A stretch of 64,000 nt of DNA from Oscillospiraceae bacterium (GCA_015063535.1 SVTY01000002.1:16034-80033), one strand, 5' to 3'; shown: positions 45,334 through 57,468, counted from the stretch's first letter. Notes: generated from the sequence alone by a model not told the origin. Translations and numbers: made by a program.

Positions 45334-45362
45334 TTGCAATTTTTCGCAATTTATGGTATACT
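45334..45362 (+). promoter_or_regulatory. sigma-A-type promoter of dnaA
   Basis: TTGCAA, 17-nt spacer, TATACT, with a TGG extended -10. Confidence 0.55.
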
Positions 45363-45410
45363 ATTAGAAAGAGTTTTTGTAATTTTTATTTTTTTAGAAA
45401 GGAGCTTTTT

Positions 45411-46775
45411 ATGTCTTATCTTGACGATCTGAATTCCATATGGGAAGCGGTAAAGGTATCCTTTCTGGAGAAGTTTACACAATCCATCATTGATCTTTGG
45501 TTTGGAGAGCTGAAGGTTCATTCATACGAAGATAACGTGATTACTCTCTCCACCGATTCGGATCTGAAGCATCGGATCATTCGGGAAAAATTTTTGGATC
45601 TGATCCGAGACGGATTTACCGCACATCTTGGCTTTGAGCCGGAGATCAAGATCCTTTTGATCGGTTCTTCTGTGCAAGAAACTCCTACCCATGAGGAGCC
45701 AAAGAAAGAGCTTCAGCCGAAAATAGCGGAAAACGGTCCGCCCGACGGAGTTCTTCCTCCCAATTACAAATTTGAATATACCTTTGAAAATTTCATTGTG
45801 GGCAATTCCAATAAATTCGCTCATGCGGCATGCTTGGCGGTTGCCGAGCGTCCTGCCTCGGATTATAACCCGTTGTTTATTTACGGCCCCAGCGGTTTGG
45901 GAAAGACCCACTTGATGAGTGCCGTGGTGAATGAGATCAAAAAGAAAAAATCCGATCTTCGGGTCTTATACATCAAGGGCGATGAATTTACCAATGAAAT
46001 GATACAAAGTCTGGCAAAGCAGGAAATGCACAAGTTTCATGAGCGGTATCGAAACTGCGATATTTTGCTGATCGACGATATTCAGTTTATTGCGGGAAAG
46101 ACCTCGACCCAAGAGGAATTTTTCCACACCTTCAATACCCTATATGAGGAACGCAAGCAGATCATCCTGTCCTCCGACCGTCCTCCCAAGGATATACCTA
46201 CTTTAGAGGAACGACTGAAGACCCGATTTGAATGGGGACTTTTGGCAGATATTCAGCCCCCGGATCTGGAGCTTCGTATTGCCATCATCAAGAAAAAAGC
46301 TGAACAGGTGTCTATCGAGATTCCCGATGAGGTATTGACCTTCTTAGCGGAAAATCTTCGTTCCAACATCCGTCAGATCGAAGGTGCCATCAAAAAACTC
46401 AGTGCTTTACGGTTTATTTCAGGACAAAGCATTACCATGGAGCTGGCAAAAAGCTGTCTTTCTGAATTGCTGGGAGGCGCAGAGCCGGTAAATGTTACCG
46501 TGGAAAAGATCTTCGGTGCCGTTCACGCAAAATACAATATTTCCAAGGCGGAGCTTGTGGGAAAAAAGCGAACCAAGGAAATTGCCGCCGCTCGCCATAT
46601 CGCCGTTTTCCTGATTCGGGAGATCACCGATATGTCCTATCCCAGTATCGCTAAAATATTTGACAGGGATTATGCTACCATTCACGCCTCCTTTGAGCAA
46701 ATGGATCGAAAGTATACCTCTGATTCTATGTTTAAGATCGAGATCGACAGCTTGATGAAAGATGTCACCGGATAA
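45411..46775 (+). CDS. dnaA: chromosomal replication initiator DnaA
   Basis: 454 aa with Walker A 'GPSGLGKTHL', 'LLIDDIQF' and the C-terminal DNA-binding helix 'IAAARHIAVFLIRE'. Confidence 0.97.
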   Translation: MSYLDDLNSIWEAVKVSFLEKFTQSIIDLWFGELKVHSYEDNVITLSTDSDLKHRIIREKFLDLIRDGFTAHLGFEPEIKILLIGSSVQETPTHEEPKKELQPKIAENGPPDGVLPPNYKFEYTFENFIVGNSNKFAHAACLAVAERPASDYNPLFIYGPSGLGKTHLMSAVVNEIKKKKSDLRVLYIKGDEFTNEMIQSLAKQEMHKFHERYRNCDILLIDDIQFIAGKTSTQEEFFHTFNTLYEERKQIILSSDRPPKDIPTLEERLKTRFEWGLLADIQPPDLELRIAIIKKKAEQVSIEIPDEVLTFLAENLRSNIRQIEGAIKKLSALRFISGQSITMELAKSCLSELLGGAEPVNVTVEKIFGAVHAKYNISKAELVGKKRTKEIAAARHIAVFLIREITDMSYPSIAKIFDRDYATIHASFEQMDRKYTSDSMFKIEIDSLMKDVTG

Positions 46776-46798
46776 TAGAATAGAAAAAGAGAAGAGTT

Positions 46799-46852
46799 GT
46801 ACTTTTTTCTTTTAAAAAAGAAAAAAGTACCAAAAAAGAAAACAAAACAAAA
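46799..46852 (+). repeat. modules A+B after dnaA
   Basis: GTACTTTTTTCTTTTAAAAAAGAAAAAAGTAC, then CAAAAAAGAAAACAAAACAAAAT. Confidence 0.85.
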
Positions 46853-46899
46853 TTGTCTTGTTTTTGTGCGACATATGTATAGAATTTTTCAGGAGGAGA

Positions 46900-47290
46900 T
46901 TTTCCATAGCTTGAATGTGGAAAATAGGAGAAAAACAGCATCCTGTTTGATTGTATGTGATGGAAAAGAGTTCGGTTTGACTGTGGAAAAGAGCGAATCA
47001 GAGCTACGACATTTCCATAAAAAATCGGGAAATTTTTTTCCATATGTCAAGTATGAAAAAGAAAAAAAGAAGAGTTTCTTTCGTTTTTTCGTGAATCGGG
47101 TTTTTGGTTTGGATTCTCCATAGATCCGTTCATAGCTTATCCCTTGAATATTCCGTTGAATTTCAAAAAGTCGAAGAGAGTGAAAGCCTTGCTGCCACTT
47201 TCGAGAGAGCTGTTTTCCATGATTTCAACAATCCCTAATACTACTGTTGCTAATTTTTTATAGTATTTATTTTTATTATTTTTTTAAGGG
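46900..47290. other. oriC: DnaA-box cluster plus AT-rich unwinding region in the dnaA-dnaN spacer
   Basis: Box-like 9-mers:
- TTTTCCATA 46900
- TGTGGAAAA 46916
- GATGGAAAA 46959
- TGTGGAAAA 46982
- ATTTCCATA 47011
- TTTTCCATA 47036
- TTCTCCATA 47114
- TTTTCCATG 47213

An A/T run follows at about 47250-47286 (TAATTTTTTATAGTATTTATTTTTATTATTTTTTT). Confidence 0.8.
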
Positions 47291-47340
47291 CGCAAAATAA
47301 TGTGACCCGGGGTAATGCCCCAAAAAAGAAAGGAGTTACC

Positions 47341-48498
47341 ATGAAAATTATTTTCAACCGTTCGGCGATCAGTGCCGCTGTCGCACCGTTAATGTGCGCT
47401 GTTTCGGGAAAATCTACCCTGAGCACCATTGAAGGTATTCTGATCGAAGCAAAAACCCCCGATACCTGTGTGATGACTACGTTTGATCTGGAAAAAGGTG
47501 TTCGTATTACGGTCGAGGCAAAGGTCTTGGAGGAGGGCTCTTACATCATCAATGCGCAGAAATTTGTACAGACTTTGCGTGTAATGGAGGGAGAGGAGGT
47601 TACGCTGACGGTAGACGACAAGCTGGTAGCATGTATTTTCAGCGGGAAGTCCTCTCACAAAATGAGTGCCCTTTCAGGCGGTGATTTTCCCAATATTCCC
47701 GATCTTGCCAGTGACAGAAGCTTTCTTGTCGGACAGGCGATCTTTAAGAAAATGATGAATCAAGTGAGCTTTGCCATGGGCGTCAATGATCAAAGAATGG
47801 TTCTCAACGGAACCTTTGTCAAGATCACGGATGACTCGGTAATGATGGTAGCCTGTGACAGCTTTAAGCTGGCAAAATGCCGTAAGCAGGCGGAGCTGGT
47901 CAATAAGAATACCAACGGCAATGAGCATTTGGAATATAAATTTATTGTTCCCGTTAAGACCATGAATGAACTGAATCGTCTGCTGAGCGATGATGAGGAA
48001 GCGGTCATGCAGATTTATGTGACAAGAAAGCACATTGTCTTTCTGATCGGTGATCTGATCTTCTTCTCTCGGTTGGTAGACGGTGATTATATTGATTATG
48101 ACCGTATTATCGTGAAAAGTCATCGTATCCGCGTGAAGGTAGAAAAGAGAGAGCTGATCTCTGCTTTGGAGCGTGCAGCTCTTGTTACCGAGGAGAGGAT
48201 CGCAGGCAGTGTCCGTTCCCATGTCAAGCTGGATATTGCGGGAGGTCTAATGAAAATCTCGGCGGTGTCCTCTGCCGGCTCTACTTATGATGAGTTGGGA
48301 ATCGAGCAGGACGGAGAAGATTTGCTGATCGCCTTTAATAACCGCTATCTGATCGACAGTGTACGGGCGTGTGACAGCAACACTTTGACGCTTTCTCTTT
48401 CCTCTCCCTTGACCAGCATGAATATTGAGCCTGCTGACGGACAGGAGGAGGGCGAAGAGGAGATCTTCATGCTTCTGCCCGTAAGAATGAAGGAATAA
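47341..48498 (+). CDS. dnaN: DNA polymerase III beta sliding clamp
   Basis: ATG at 47341 with RBS AGGAG. About 385 aa, three-domain size, in the canonical position after dnaA. Confidence 0.95.
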   Translation: MKIIFNRSAISAAVAPLMCAVSGKSTLSTIEGILIEAKTPDTCVMTTFDLEKGVRITVEAKVLEEGSYIINAQKFVQTLRVMEGEEVTLTVDDKLVACIFSGKSSHKMSALSGGDFPNIPDLASDRSFLVGQAIFKKMMNQVSFAMGVNDQRMVLNGTFVKITDDSVMMVACDSFKLAKCRKQAELVNKNTNGNEHLEYKFIVPVKTMNELNRLLSDDEEAVMQIYVTRKHIVFLIGDLIFFSRLVDGDYIDYDRIIVKSHRIRVKVEKRELISALERAALVTEERIAGSVRSHVKLDIAGGLMKISAVSSAGSTYDELGIEQDGEDLLIAFNNRYLIDSVRACDSNTLTLSLSSPLTSMNIEPADGQEEGEEEIFMLLPVRMKE

Positions 48499-48514
48499 AA
48501 AGGACTGACGGAAC

Positions 48515-49642
48515 ATGGTTTGCAGATCCGTACGGGTAAAAAACTTTCGGAATATTTCGGAGGCGGAGGTCACCTTTTCCGAAGGGGTCAATGTGCTGGT
48601 AGGAGAAAATGCCCAAGGAAAAAGCAATCTGTTGGAGGCGATCTTTTATCCTTCTGTGGGACGGAGCTTCCGAAGCTCTCATACGTCGGAGATGATCCGA
48701 TTCGGACAATCGGAGGCGGAAATTGAGCTATCCTATCGGGACGACCGAAGAGATCAGGTCATTAGGGTGAAGATCTTTCGGGACAAGCAGCGACAGGTAG
48801 AAAAAAACGGGTTGCGGATCGACAAGCTGTCGGATCTGGTGGGGTCGTTTCGAACGGTTCTGTTTTTTCCCGAGCATCTGTCTATGATCCGAAGCGGTCC
48901 TGCGGAACGGAGAAGCTATTTGGATCCTGCCATCAGCCGTCTTTATCCTCGGTATATTCATTCCTTACAGCGGTATCACTATTTTTTGAAGCAGCGTAAT
49001 GCGTTGATCAAAAGCGCTTACGGAGATCGAAAGACCTTTGATGCAACCGTAGAGCTTTGGAGCAAAGAGCTTGCCAAGGAGGCGGCGATCCTTTCCGAAT
49101 ACCGTCTTTCCTTTGTTCGCCGTGTGTCCGAGCATGTCGCTCATATTTTTGAGGAAATGACGGGGGAAAAGGAAATACCTACGGTTCATTATAAGGGATC
49201 TTCCGGGCAACCGGAGGAAGAATACGGAGATTTGGAAAAAACAGAGGATATGTATTTTTCTCTGTTGATGTCCTCTCATGACCGAGAAATTGCCGCAGGG
49301 GCGACATTGTGGGGGATCCATAAGGATGATATGGAGATCCAACTCAATGGAAAGAGTGCAAGAATTTACGCCTCTCAGGGGCAACAGCGTTCCTTGGCAC
49401 TTGCCTTGAAGTTGGCAGAGGGAGAGATCACCAGGGAGGAGTTTGGTGATGAGCCTGTTCTTCTTTTGGATGATGTGTTATCGGAGCTCGACGGAAGCCG
49501 TCGGGAATATCTGATTCATAAGATCAAGGATAAGCAGGTGATCCTGACCGGCTGTGAGCCGACTCTGCTCTCTGAGTTGGACGACGTTCATCGGATTTTA
49601 GTGAGAGAGGGGACTTACTTTTCTTTTGAAAAAGAAAAGTAA
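48515..49642 (+). CDS. recF: DNA replication/repair protein RecF
   Basis: 375 aa with Walker A 'GENAQGKSNLLEA', signature 'ASQGQQRS' and 'LLLDDVLSELD'. Confidence 0.95.
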   Translation: MVCRSVRVKNFRNISEAEVTFSEGVNVLVGENAQGKSNLLEAIFYPSVGRSFRSSHTSEMIRFGQSEAEIELSYRDDRRDQVIRVKIFRDKQRQVEKNGLRIDKLSDLVGSFRTVLFFPEHLSMIRSGPAERRSYLDPAISRLYPRYIHSLQRYHYFLKQRNALIKSAYGDRKTFDATVELWSKELAKEAAILSEYRLSFVRRVSEHVAHIFEEMTGEKEIPTVHYKGSSGQPEEEYGDLEKTEDMYFSLLMSSHDREIAAGATLWGIHKDDMEIQLNGKSARIYASQGQQRSLALALKLAEGEITREEFGDEPVLLLDDVLSELDGSRREYLIHKIKDKQVILTGCEPTLLSELDDVHRILVREGTYFSFEKEK

Positions 49643-49664
49643 GCAAAAGAAAACTTTGCAAAAT
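49614..49664 (+). repeat. modules A+B overlapping the recF stop codon
   Basis: CTTACTTTTCTTTTGAAAAAGAAAAGTAAG, then CAAAAGAAAACTTTGCAAAAT. The last recF codons (YFSFEKEK*) are encoded by the palindrome. Confidence 0.85.
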
Positions 49665-49723
49665 TTATCTTTAAAGTTTGTACAAAAGATAAAGCAAGCA
49701 AAAGAAAACATTACAAAAATTAT

Positions 49724-49792
49724 CTTGAAAGTTTTTGAAATTCTTAAAAACTTTTTTCAAAAAGTTTTTAAGTGGGGGATGGGGCAAAGCCC
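49724..49792 (+). repeat. 70-bp double-hairpin element (module C), copy 2
   Basis: TTGAAAGTTTTTGAAATTCTTAAAAACTTTTTTCAAAAAGTTTTTAAGTGGGGGATGGGGCAAAGCCCC. Ends 16 nt upstream of the remB ATG. Confidence 0.85.
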
Positions 49793-49807
49793 CAAAAAAT
49801 ACGTTTT

Positions 49808-52026
<2,219 letters not shown>

Positions 52027-52034
52027 GGGGATGC

Positions 52035-52087
52035 TCCTTACTTTTCTTTTGAAAAAGAAAAGGAAGCAAAAGAAAACAAAACAAAAA
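52035..52087 (+). repeat. modules (D)-A-B after gyrB
   Basis: GGGGATGC, then CCTTACTTTTCTTTTGAAAAAGAAAAGGAAG (imperfect), then CAAAAGAAAACAAAACAAAAAT. Confidence 0.8.
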
Positions 52088-52093
52088 TCCCGT

Positions 52094-52163
52094 TTGAAAG
52101 TTTTTGAAATTCTTAAAAACTTTTTTCAAAAAGTTTTTAAGTGGGGTACGGGGCAACGCCCCG
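52094..52163 (+). repeat. 70-bp double-hairpin element (module C), copy 3
   Basis: TTGAAAGTTTTTGAAATTCTTAAAAACTTTTTTCAAAAAGTTTTTAAGTGGGGTACGGGGCAACGCCCCG. Ends 26 nt upstream of the gyrA start. Confidence 0.85.
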
Positions 52164-52188
52164 AATAAAAACAGGCAGGTAAAAGCAA

Positions 52189-54759
52189 TTGGAAAACGAA
52201 AACATAGAATTCAGAGACCAAAAAATTGTAGACGTGGAGATGGAGAAGGAAGTCAAAAAGTCCTTCATTGAGTATTCCATGTCGGTCATTGCCGCTCGTG
52301 CGCTTCCCGATGTACGGGATGGCTTAAAGCCCGGTCAGCGGAGAATCATGTATGCCATGTACGAGGACCATCTGACCTACGACAAGCCCTTCCGCAAGTC
52401 GGCGACAACGGTCGGTAACGTGCTGGGTCGGTACCATCCTCACGGAGACAGCGCTGTGTATGATACGATGGTACGTATGGCACAGGACTTTTCGCTCCGC
52501 TATCCCTTGGTGGAGGGTCACGGAAACTTCGGCTCGGTGGACGGAGACGGCGCCGCCGCTTACCGTTATACCGAGGCGAGAATGTCGAAGATCGCCGATG
52601 AGCTGTTGTCGGATATCGAAAAGGATGTTGTGGATTTCATGCCCAACTTCGACAACCGTCTGAAGGAGCCGAAGGTACTTCCCTCCCGATTCCCAAACAT
52701 TTTGGTCAACGGCTCGGTGGGTATTGCCGTGGGTATGGCAACGAATATTCCTCCCCATAACTTGGGAGAGGTGATCGATGCCACGATCTATCGGATGGAT
52801 AATCCCGAATGTACGGTCGAGGATCTGATGAATTTTGTCAAGGGTCCCGATTTTCCAACCCGTGCTACCATTTACGGAATCAATGGCATCATTCAGGCGT
52901 ATACCACCGGTAAGGGTCACCTGAAGGTGCGTGCCAAGGCGACCATTGAGGAGGACAAGCGTCGCATTATTGTGACCGAGATCCCTTATCAGGTCAATAA
53001 GAGCGTGCTTTGTGAGTCGATTGCCGCTCTTGCCCGTGAAAAGCGGGTCGAGGGTATTACCGATATGCGGGATGAATCGGGAAGAGACGGTATGCGGATC
53101 GTGATCGAGTACCGAAAGGATGCGAACGGGCAGGTTATTCTCAACCAGCTTTACAAATATTCGCAATTGGAGGATACTTGTGCCATTAATATGCTGGCAC
53201 TGGTGAACAATGAGCCGAAGATCCTTTCCCTGCCCCAGATTTTGGATGTCTATATCGATCATCAGAAGTCGGTTATTTACCGCCGTGTGAAATTCGAGCT
53301 GGAAAAAGCCAAGAATCGGGCGCATATTCTGGAGGGTTATCACATTGCCACCGATAATATCGACCGTATTGTGGAGATCATGAAGACCTCCCGTTCCATT
53401 CCCGAAGCAAAAGAGCGGCTGATGGCAGAATTTTTCACGGTCTCCTACAAGGACGGCTATGAAAATGAGCTTGGCAATATCCGTCAGCTTTCCGATGCGC
53501 AGGCGCAAGCCATCGTGGAAATGACGTTGGGCAAGCTGACCGGCATGGAGCGGGAAAAGATTGAGGAAGAGCTGGCGCGTCTCCATGCGTTGATTATTGA
53601 ATTGGAAGGTATTCTTGCCGATGAGGGTAAGATCGTTCAGATCATCAAGGACGAAATGAACGAGATCAAGCGGAAATACGCCGATGCGCGCCGCACAGAG
53701 ATCGTTGCCGCAACCGATGACATTGATCTGGAGGATCTGATCGAAAAGCATAACTGTGTTATTACCGTGACCAATGCAGGCTATATTAAACGGTTGCCTG
53801 CCGATACCTATGCGGCACAGCGTCGCGGCGGTAAGGGTATCATCGGTATGACCACCAAGGAGGAGGACTTCATTGAGAAGGTCATGGCTCTTCACAGCCA
53901 TTCCTATCTGATGATGTTTACCAATAAGGGAAAGGTCCACACCCGAAAGGCATATCAGATCCCCGAGGCATCCAGAACCGCCAAGGGAACCAATATCGTC
54001 AATATCATTGAAATGCTTCCTGAGGAGAAGATTACCGCCATGATCAGCGTGGAGGGCTTCAACGAGGGTGAATATCTGACGATGGTTACTAAGAAGGGTA
54101 TCATAAAGCGTACGCTTCTGACCGAATATGAGTATCAGCGAAAGGGCGGAAAGATCGCTCTGCATCTGGATGAGGACGATGAGCTGGTATTTGTGATGCA
54201 TACGCATGGAGAATGCGATATTATCCTTGCGACCAAGCACGGCAATGCGGTTCGTTATACCGAGGCAAATGTCCGTCCTATGGGAAGAACTGCTCGGGGT
54301 GTTCGGGGTATCAGTCTGAGGGGAGACGATTGCGTGACCGGCGTTGCCATCGTGGAGGAGGGCAAGAGCCTGATTACGGTGACCGAGGATGGCTACGGGA
54401 AGAAAACGCCCTATGAGGACTTCCGTGAAATGAAGAATCGGGGCGGTCACGGCGTGACCTGTCACCGCCTGTCCGATAAAACAGGCATGTTATGTGGGAT
54501 CCGTTCGGTCAGCGAGGAGGACGATCTGATGATGATTACCGACAGCGGTACCATCGTTCGTACGCCTGTTTCCGAGATTCCTACTTATTCCAGAACGGCG
54601 GGAGGCGTGATCCTGATGCGTTTGGGAGAAGGACAGACACTGGTGAACTTTACGGCAGTTGCCCATGAGGAGCCGGAGGAAGAGGAAGCGATGGAAGCAG
54701 AGGATCTGCAATCTGTTGAAGAAAACAACACAATAACCGAAGAAAACGTACAGGAATAA
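52189..54759 (+). CDS. gyrA: DNA gyrase subunit A
   Basis: 856 aa with an apparent TTG start. Has '[24 protein letters not shown]', the active-site Tyr context '[10 protein letters not shown]' and C-terminal beta-pinwheel repeats. Confidence 0.97.
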
Positions 54760-54773
54760 AAGATTTGAAAAAA

Positions 54774-54806
54774 GGGGCTTGTGTAAATATCCGCACAAGT
54801 CCCTTT
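54774..54806 (+). terminator. terminator of gyrA
   Basis: GGGGCTTGTG, 10 nt, CACAAGTCCC, then TTTC. Confidence 0.55.
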
Positions 54807-54823
54807 CGATTGAAGGAGAGAGT

Positions 54824-55681
54824 ATGAAAAAAACAATTTGCTTGTTTCTTTGTTTGCTGTTGTTCCTCCCTACCCTATCCTCTTGCTCAAAGCCTCCTGC
54901 CTATGAGGAGATCGAGGGGCGGTTGAAGGAGCTGGTGGCAGCTTCTGCCGAGATCAATGCTATCTTTTTTGGGGAGGGCTTGCAGACTTATGAGCGGGTC
55001 TACGATCCGAGAAATTCCACGGCGTTGTATGTGGACGAAGCTACCGGGAAAAAGTATCATTATTATGAATTGGAGGATGAGCAGCTTGGGCGGGTGATCG
55101 CTTTTCGCCAAACTGCCGCCATCACCTCTCCCTTTACCTATGTACAGGTACTGACTGTCCCGAAGGAGGGGCATACGCCCGATTATGTGCGAGAGGAGGG
55201 GCTTTATTGCTATCGCTTGGAGGACTATTCCGAGCCAGAATATGAGTTTTTTTATGGCAGAAACGATCCGACGGAGTATGACTATGTTCGGTATGACGAG
55301 AAATATGTCTCGGTAGAGCAGATCAAGGCTGCCGCCGAGCAGGTATATTCTGCGGAATATCTGACCTCGGTATATGATTCCATATTTATCGGAAGTGCCG
55401 CTGCTACCGAGACGGTGGAGGGGCTGTCGGCGCGGTACATTGAGTTCGACCACGGAGACGGAACAGTGAGTCTGATGCGCTCCAATACTTTTGAGCCGTT
55501 GGTGACTGAAGTACGGCAGTATGATTTTTCTACCGCAAGTATCATAAAACCGTCCAATCGGGAGTATGTGACGATCTCCATCGAATCGTATTTGCCGAGC
55601 ACGCCGAACGATCGGCTGACGGTGCGGCTTTCCATGGTTCTTCAGGACGGCGTTTGGATGCTCGACAGCGCAACCTATTGA
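54824..55681 (+). CDS. hypothetical lipoprotein
   Basis: ATG at 54824 with RBS AAGGAGAG. Signal peptide with lipobox 'LSSC'. No family recognised. Confidence 0.6.
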   Translation: MKKTICLFLCLLLFLPTLSSCSKPPAYEEIEGRLKELVAASAEINAIFFGEGLQTYERVYDPRNSTALYVDEATGKKYHYYELEDEQLGRVIAFRQTAAITSPFTYVQVLTVPKEGHTPDYVREEGLYCYRLEDYSEPEYEFFYGRNDPTEYDYVRYDEKYVSVEQIKAAAEQVYSAEYLTSVYDSIFIGSAAATETVEGLSARYIEFDHGDGTVSLMRSNTFEPLVTEVRQYDFSTASIIKPSNREYVTISIESYLPSTPNDRLTVRLSMVLQDGVWMLDSATY

Positions 55682-55689
55682 TAAAAAGA

Positions 55690-55719
55690 AAGACCGTCTC
55701 GCAGTTTTGAGACGGTCTT
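55690..55719. terminator. bidirectional terminator between convergent genes
   Basis: AAGACCGTCTC GCAGTTTT GAGACGGTCTT, flanked by A- and T-tracts. Confidence 0.7.
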
Positions 55720-55731
55720 GTTATTTTGGTC

Positions 55732-57402
55732 TTATGCCAACGCCTTGGCGATCTTTTCCCGCAGGTTCAGCAGGTAGCCGGGATCGGTGGGATACTCGGT
55801 AAAGGTAAGCTTGCCGTCGGTTCCCTCCATGATAAGCTGTTCAGTGGCTTCTCTGCCGAATTTTTCTTCGTACAGAGACAGCGCACGCATGTCATCTACT
55901 GCCTCACGCATTGCGTTGATACGCAAGGATTCCCAAGCCGTTCCGTCGGTGCCGGGATAGACCAAAAAGGCGTCTCCCGCAGGGGCGAAGAACTCACCGT
56001 CGGTGGTGCCGAAGGGATCGACGACCTCATAGGAGCGGTTGTTGTTGTAGAAGTTGTAGCCCCAGTGCAGAAAGCCCTCGATGTTGTAGCAATACATCTG
56101 TACGCCCAAAATACGGGTGCGAGCCAAGGACATGGCAATGCCACGGTCGGATACGCCGCCTGTGCCGTGAGCACCGCAATAATAGACCCACAGATCGGGA
56201 ACCTTGGCATCAATAAAGGTATGGGCGCCTCGGGTGTGGGGGATCGGCTTTTTGAGGGCACCTGTTTCGTAAAATTCGAAGCTGGACAACGCATCAATGA
56301 TATGATCCTCGTCCAAATAAGGAGCGATGAGATTTTTGCAGGCGGTATAGTGCTCCAAATGCTCCAGATGCGGCTCATCGGATACATGGTAATAGCAGTT
56401 TTGCGCTACGCCCTTTTTCTTAAATTCCGCTACCAACGCAGGGATGAACTGCGACAGGAAGGAGGTATATTCCTCGCCCATGGCGTCGGTGTGCCAGCCG
56501 AAGTATTTTTTGAGTCTGCCGTTCACCTTCACCATGATCTTGGGAGCGGCGGTTGCGCCCCATTGTGTGAAGAAATGCGCAATTTCAAAATATTTGACGC
56601 CGCAATCGAGACACAGGTCGATCCAACGGTCCAGCTTATCAAAGCCGAAGGCAAATTTTTTATCTCCTACCAGCTCAATATCGACAAGCTGTGTGGTCAG
56701 TCGTTCCCCGCCGATATAGGTATCCAGCTCGGGGGTAAATACGGGAGTCAGGATCATGTTGATGCCGTTTTTAACGGCGGTGCGCAGAAAGCTTTCGATG
56801 TACTTCCAATGCTTTTCGGAGAATGCCTTGGTATGATAATGGTTGGCGATACAGTCGGTATAGAACCATTCGGTATGAATGAGCTTTTGCGGGGGGAGCT
56901 GGGCGGCAAGCACGGTGACATTTCCTGTTACCTCACCCAAAAGCTCGACCTTGTCCCGATTGTAGATCGAGATCGAAAGGTCATATTTGCCCGCCTCAAA
57001 ATCCTCGGGAAGCTCAACATCTACCCAAAGGGAATGCAGTTGACGGCTGGGCAGGGCAATGGAATGCTCGTAGTGCATGGGGCGGAGCAGATCGGGGTAC
57101 AGCCCCGGCTCGGTGCGTAAAAATTCTCCGTCTGCCTCTGTATCGGCACACAGAGTCGGGAATGTTATGGGAACATTGACGACCTGGCGGACAGTAGCAT
57201 AGGGGGCAAGAGTACCGCTGAGGCGTACAGGACAATACAGTACCATTTTGCGTTCGGACTGAGAGTTGCGATACAGGACCTGGAAGGAAAGCCGCTCATT
57301 GCGGAACATGGTAAATTCGGTCTTTTCCTGCTTGTCTTCGATCTTTTCATCTAAGAAGCATTTTTCCAAGGAAGAAACCATTTTCATTTGCAGGGCTGGC
57401 AT
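55732..57402 (-). CDS. DUF4091 domain protein (putative glycoside hydrolase-like)
   Basis: 556 aa with RBS AGGAG. 'DEPHLEHLEHY' and 'GFLHWGYNFY' segments recalled from DUF4091 proteins. Confidence 0.65.
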   Translation of the reverse strand: MPALQMKMVSSLEKCFLDEKIEDKQEKTEFTMFRNERLSFQVLYRNSQSERKMVLYCPVRLSGTLAPYATVRQVVNVPITFPTLCADTEADGEFLRTEPGLYPDLLRPMHYEHSIALPSRQLHSLWVDVELPEDFEAGKYDLSISIYNRDKVELLGEVTGNVTVLAAQLPPQKLIHTEWFYTDCIANHYHTKAFSEKHWKYIESFLRTAVKNGINMILTPVFTPELDTYIGGERLTTQLVDIELVGDKKFAFGFDKLDRWIDLCLDCGVKYFEIAHFFTQWGATAAPKIMVKVNGRLKKYFGWHTDAMGEEYTSFLSQFIPALVAEFKKKGVAQNCYYHVSDEPHLEHLEHYTACKNLIAPYLDEDHIIDALSSFEFYETGALKKPIPHTRGAHTFIDAKVPDLWVYYCGAHGTGGVSDRGIAMSLARTRILGVQMYCYNIEGFLHWGYNFYNNNRSYEVVDPFGTTDGEFFAPAGDAFLVYPGTDGTAWESLRINAMREAVDDMRALSLYEEKFGREATEQLIMEGTDGKLTFTEYPTDPGYLLNLREKIAKALA

Positions 57403-57439
57403 AATTTTTTCTCCTTTTTTGTTTTTATTGAATTTGTAC

Positions 57440-57468
57440 TTGCAAAAATATTTTGAATTTGCTATAAT
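57440..57468 (+). promoter_or_regulatory. sigma-A-type promoter of the PocR-AraC regulator
   Basis: TTGCAA, 17-nt spacer, TATAAT. Confidence 0.5.
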
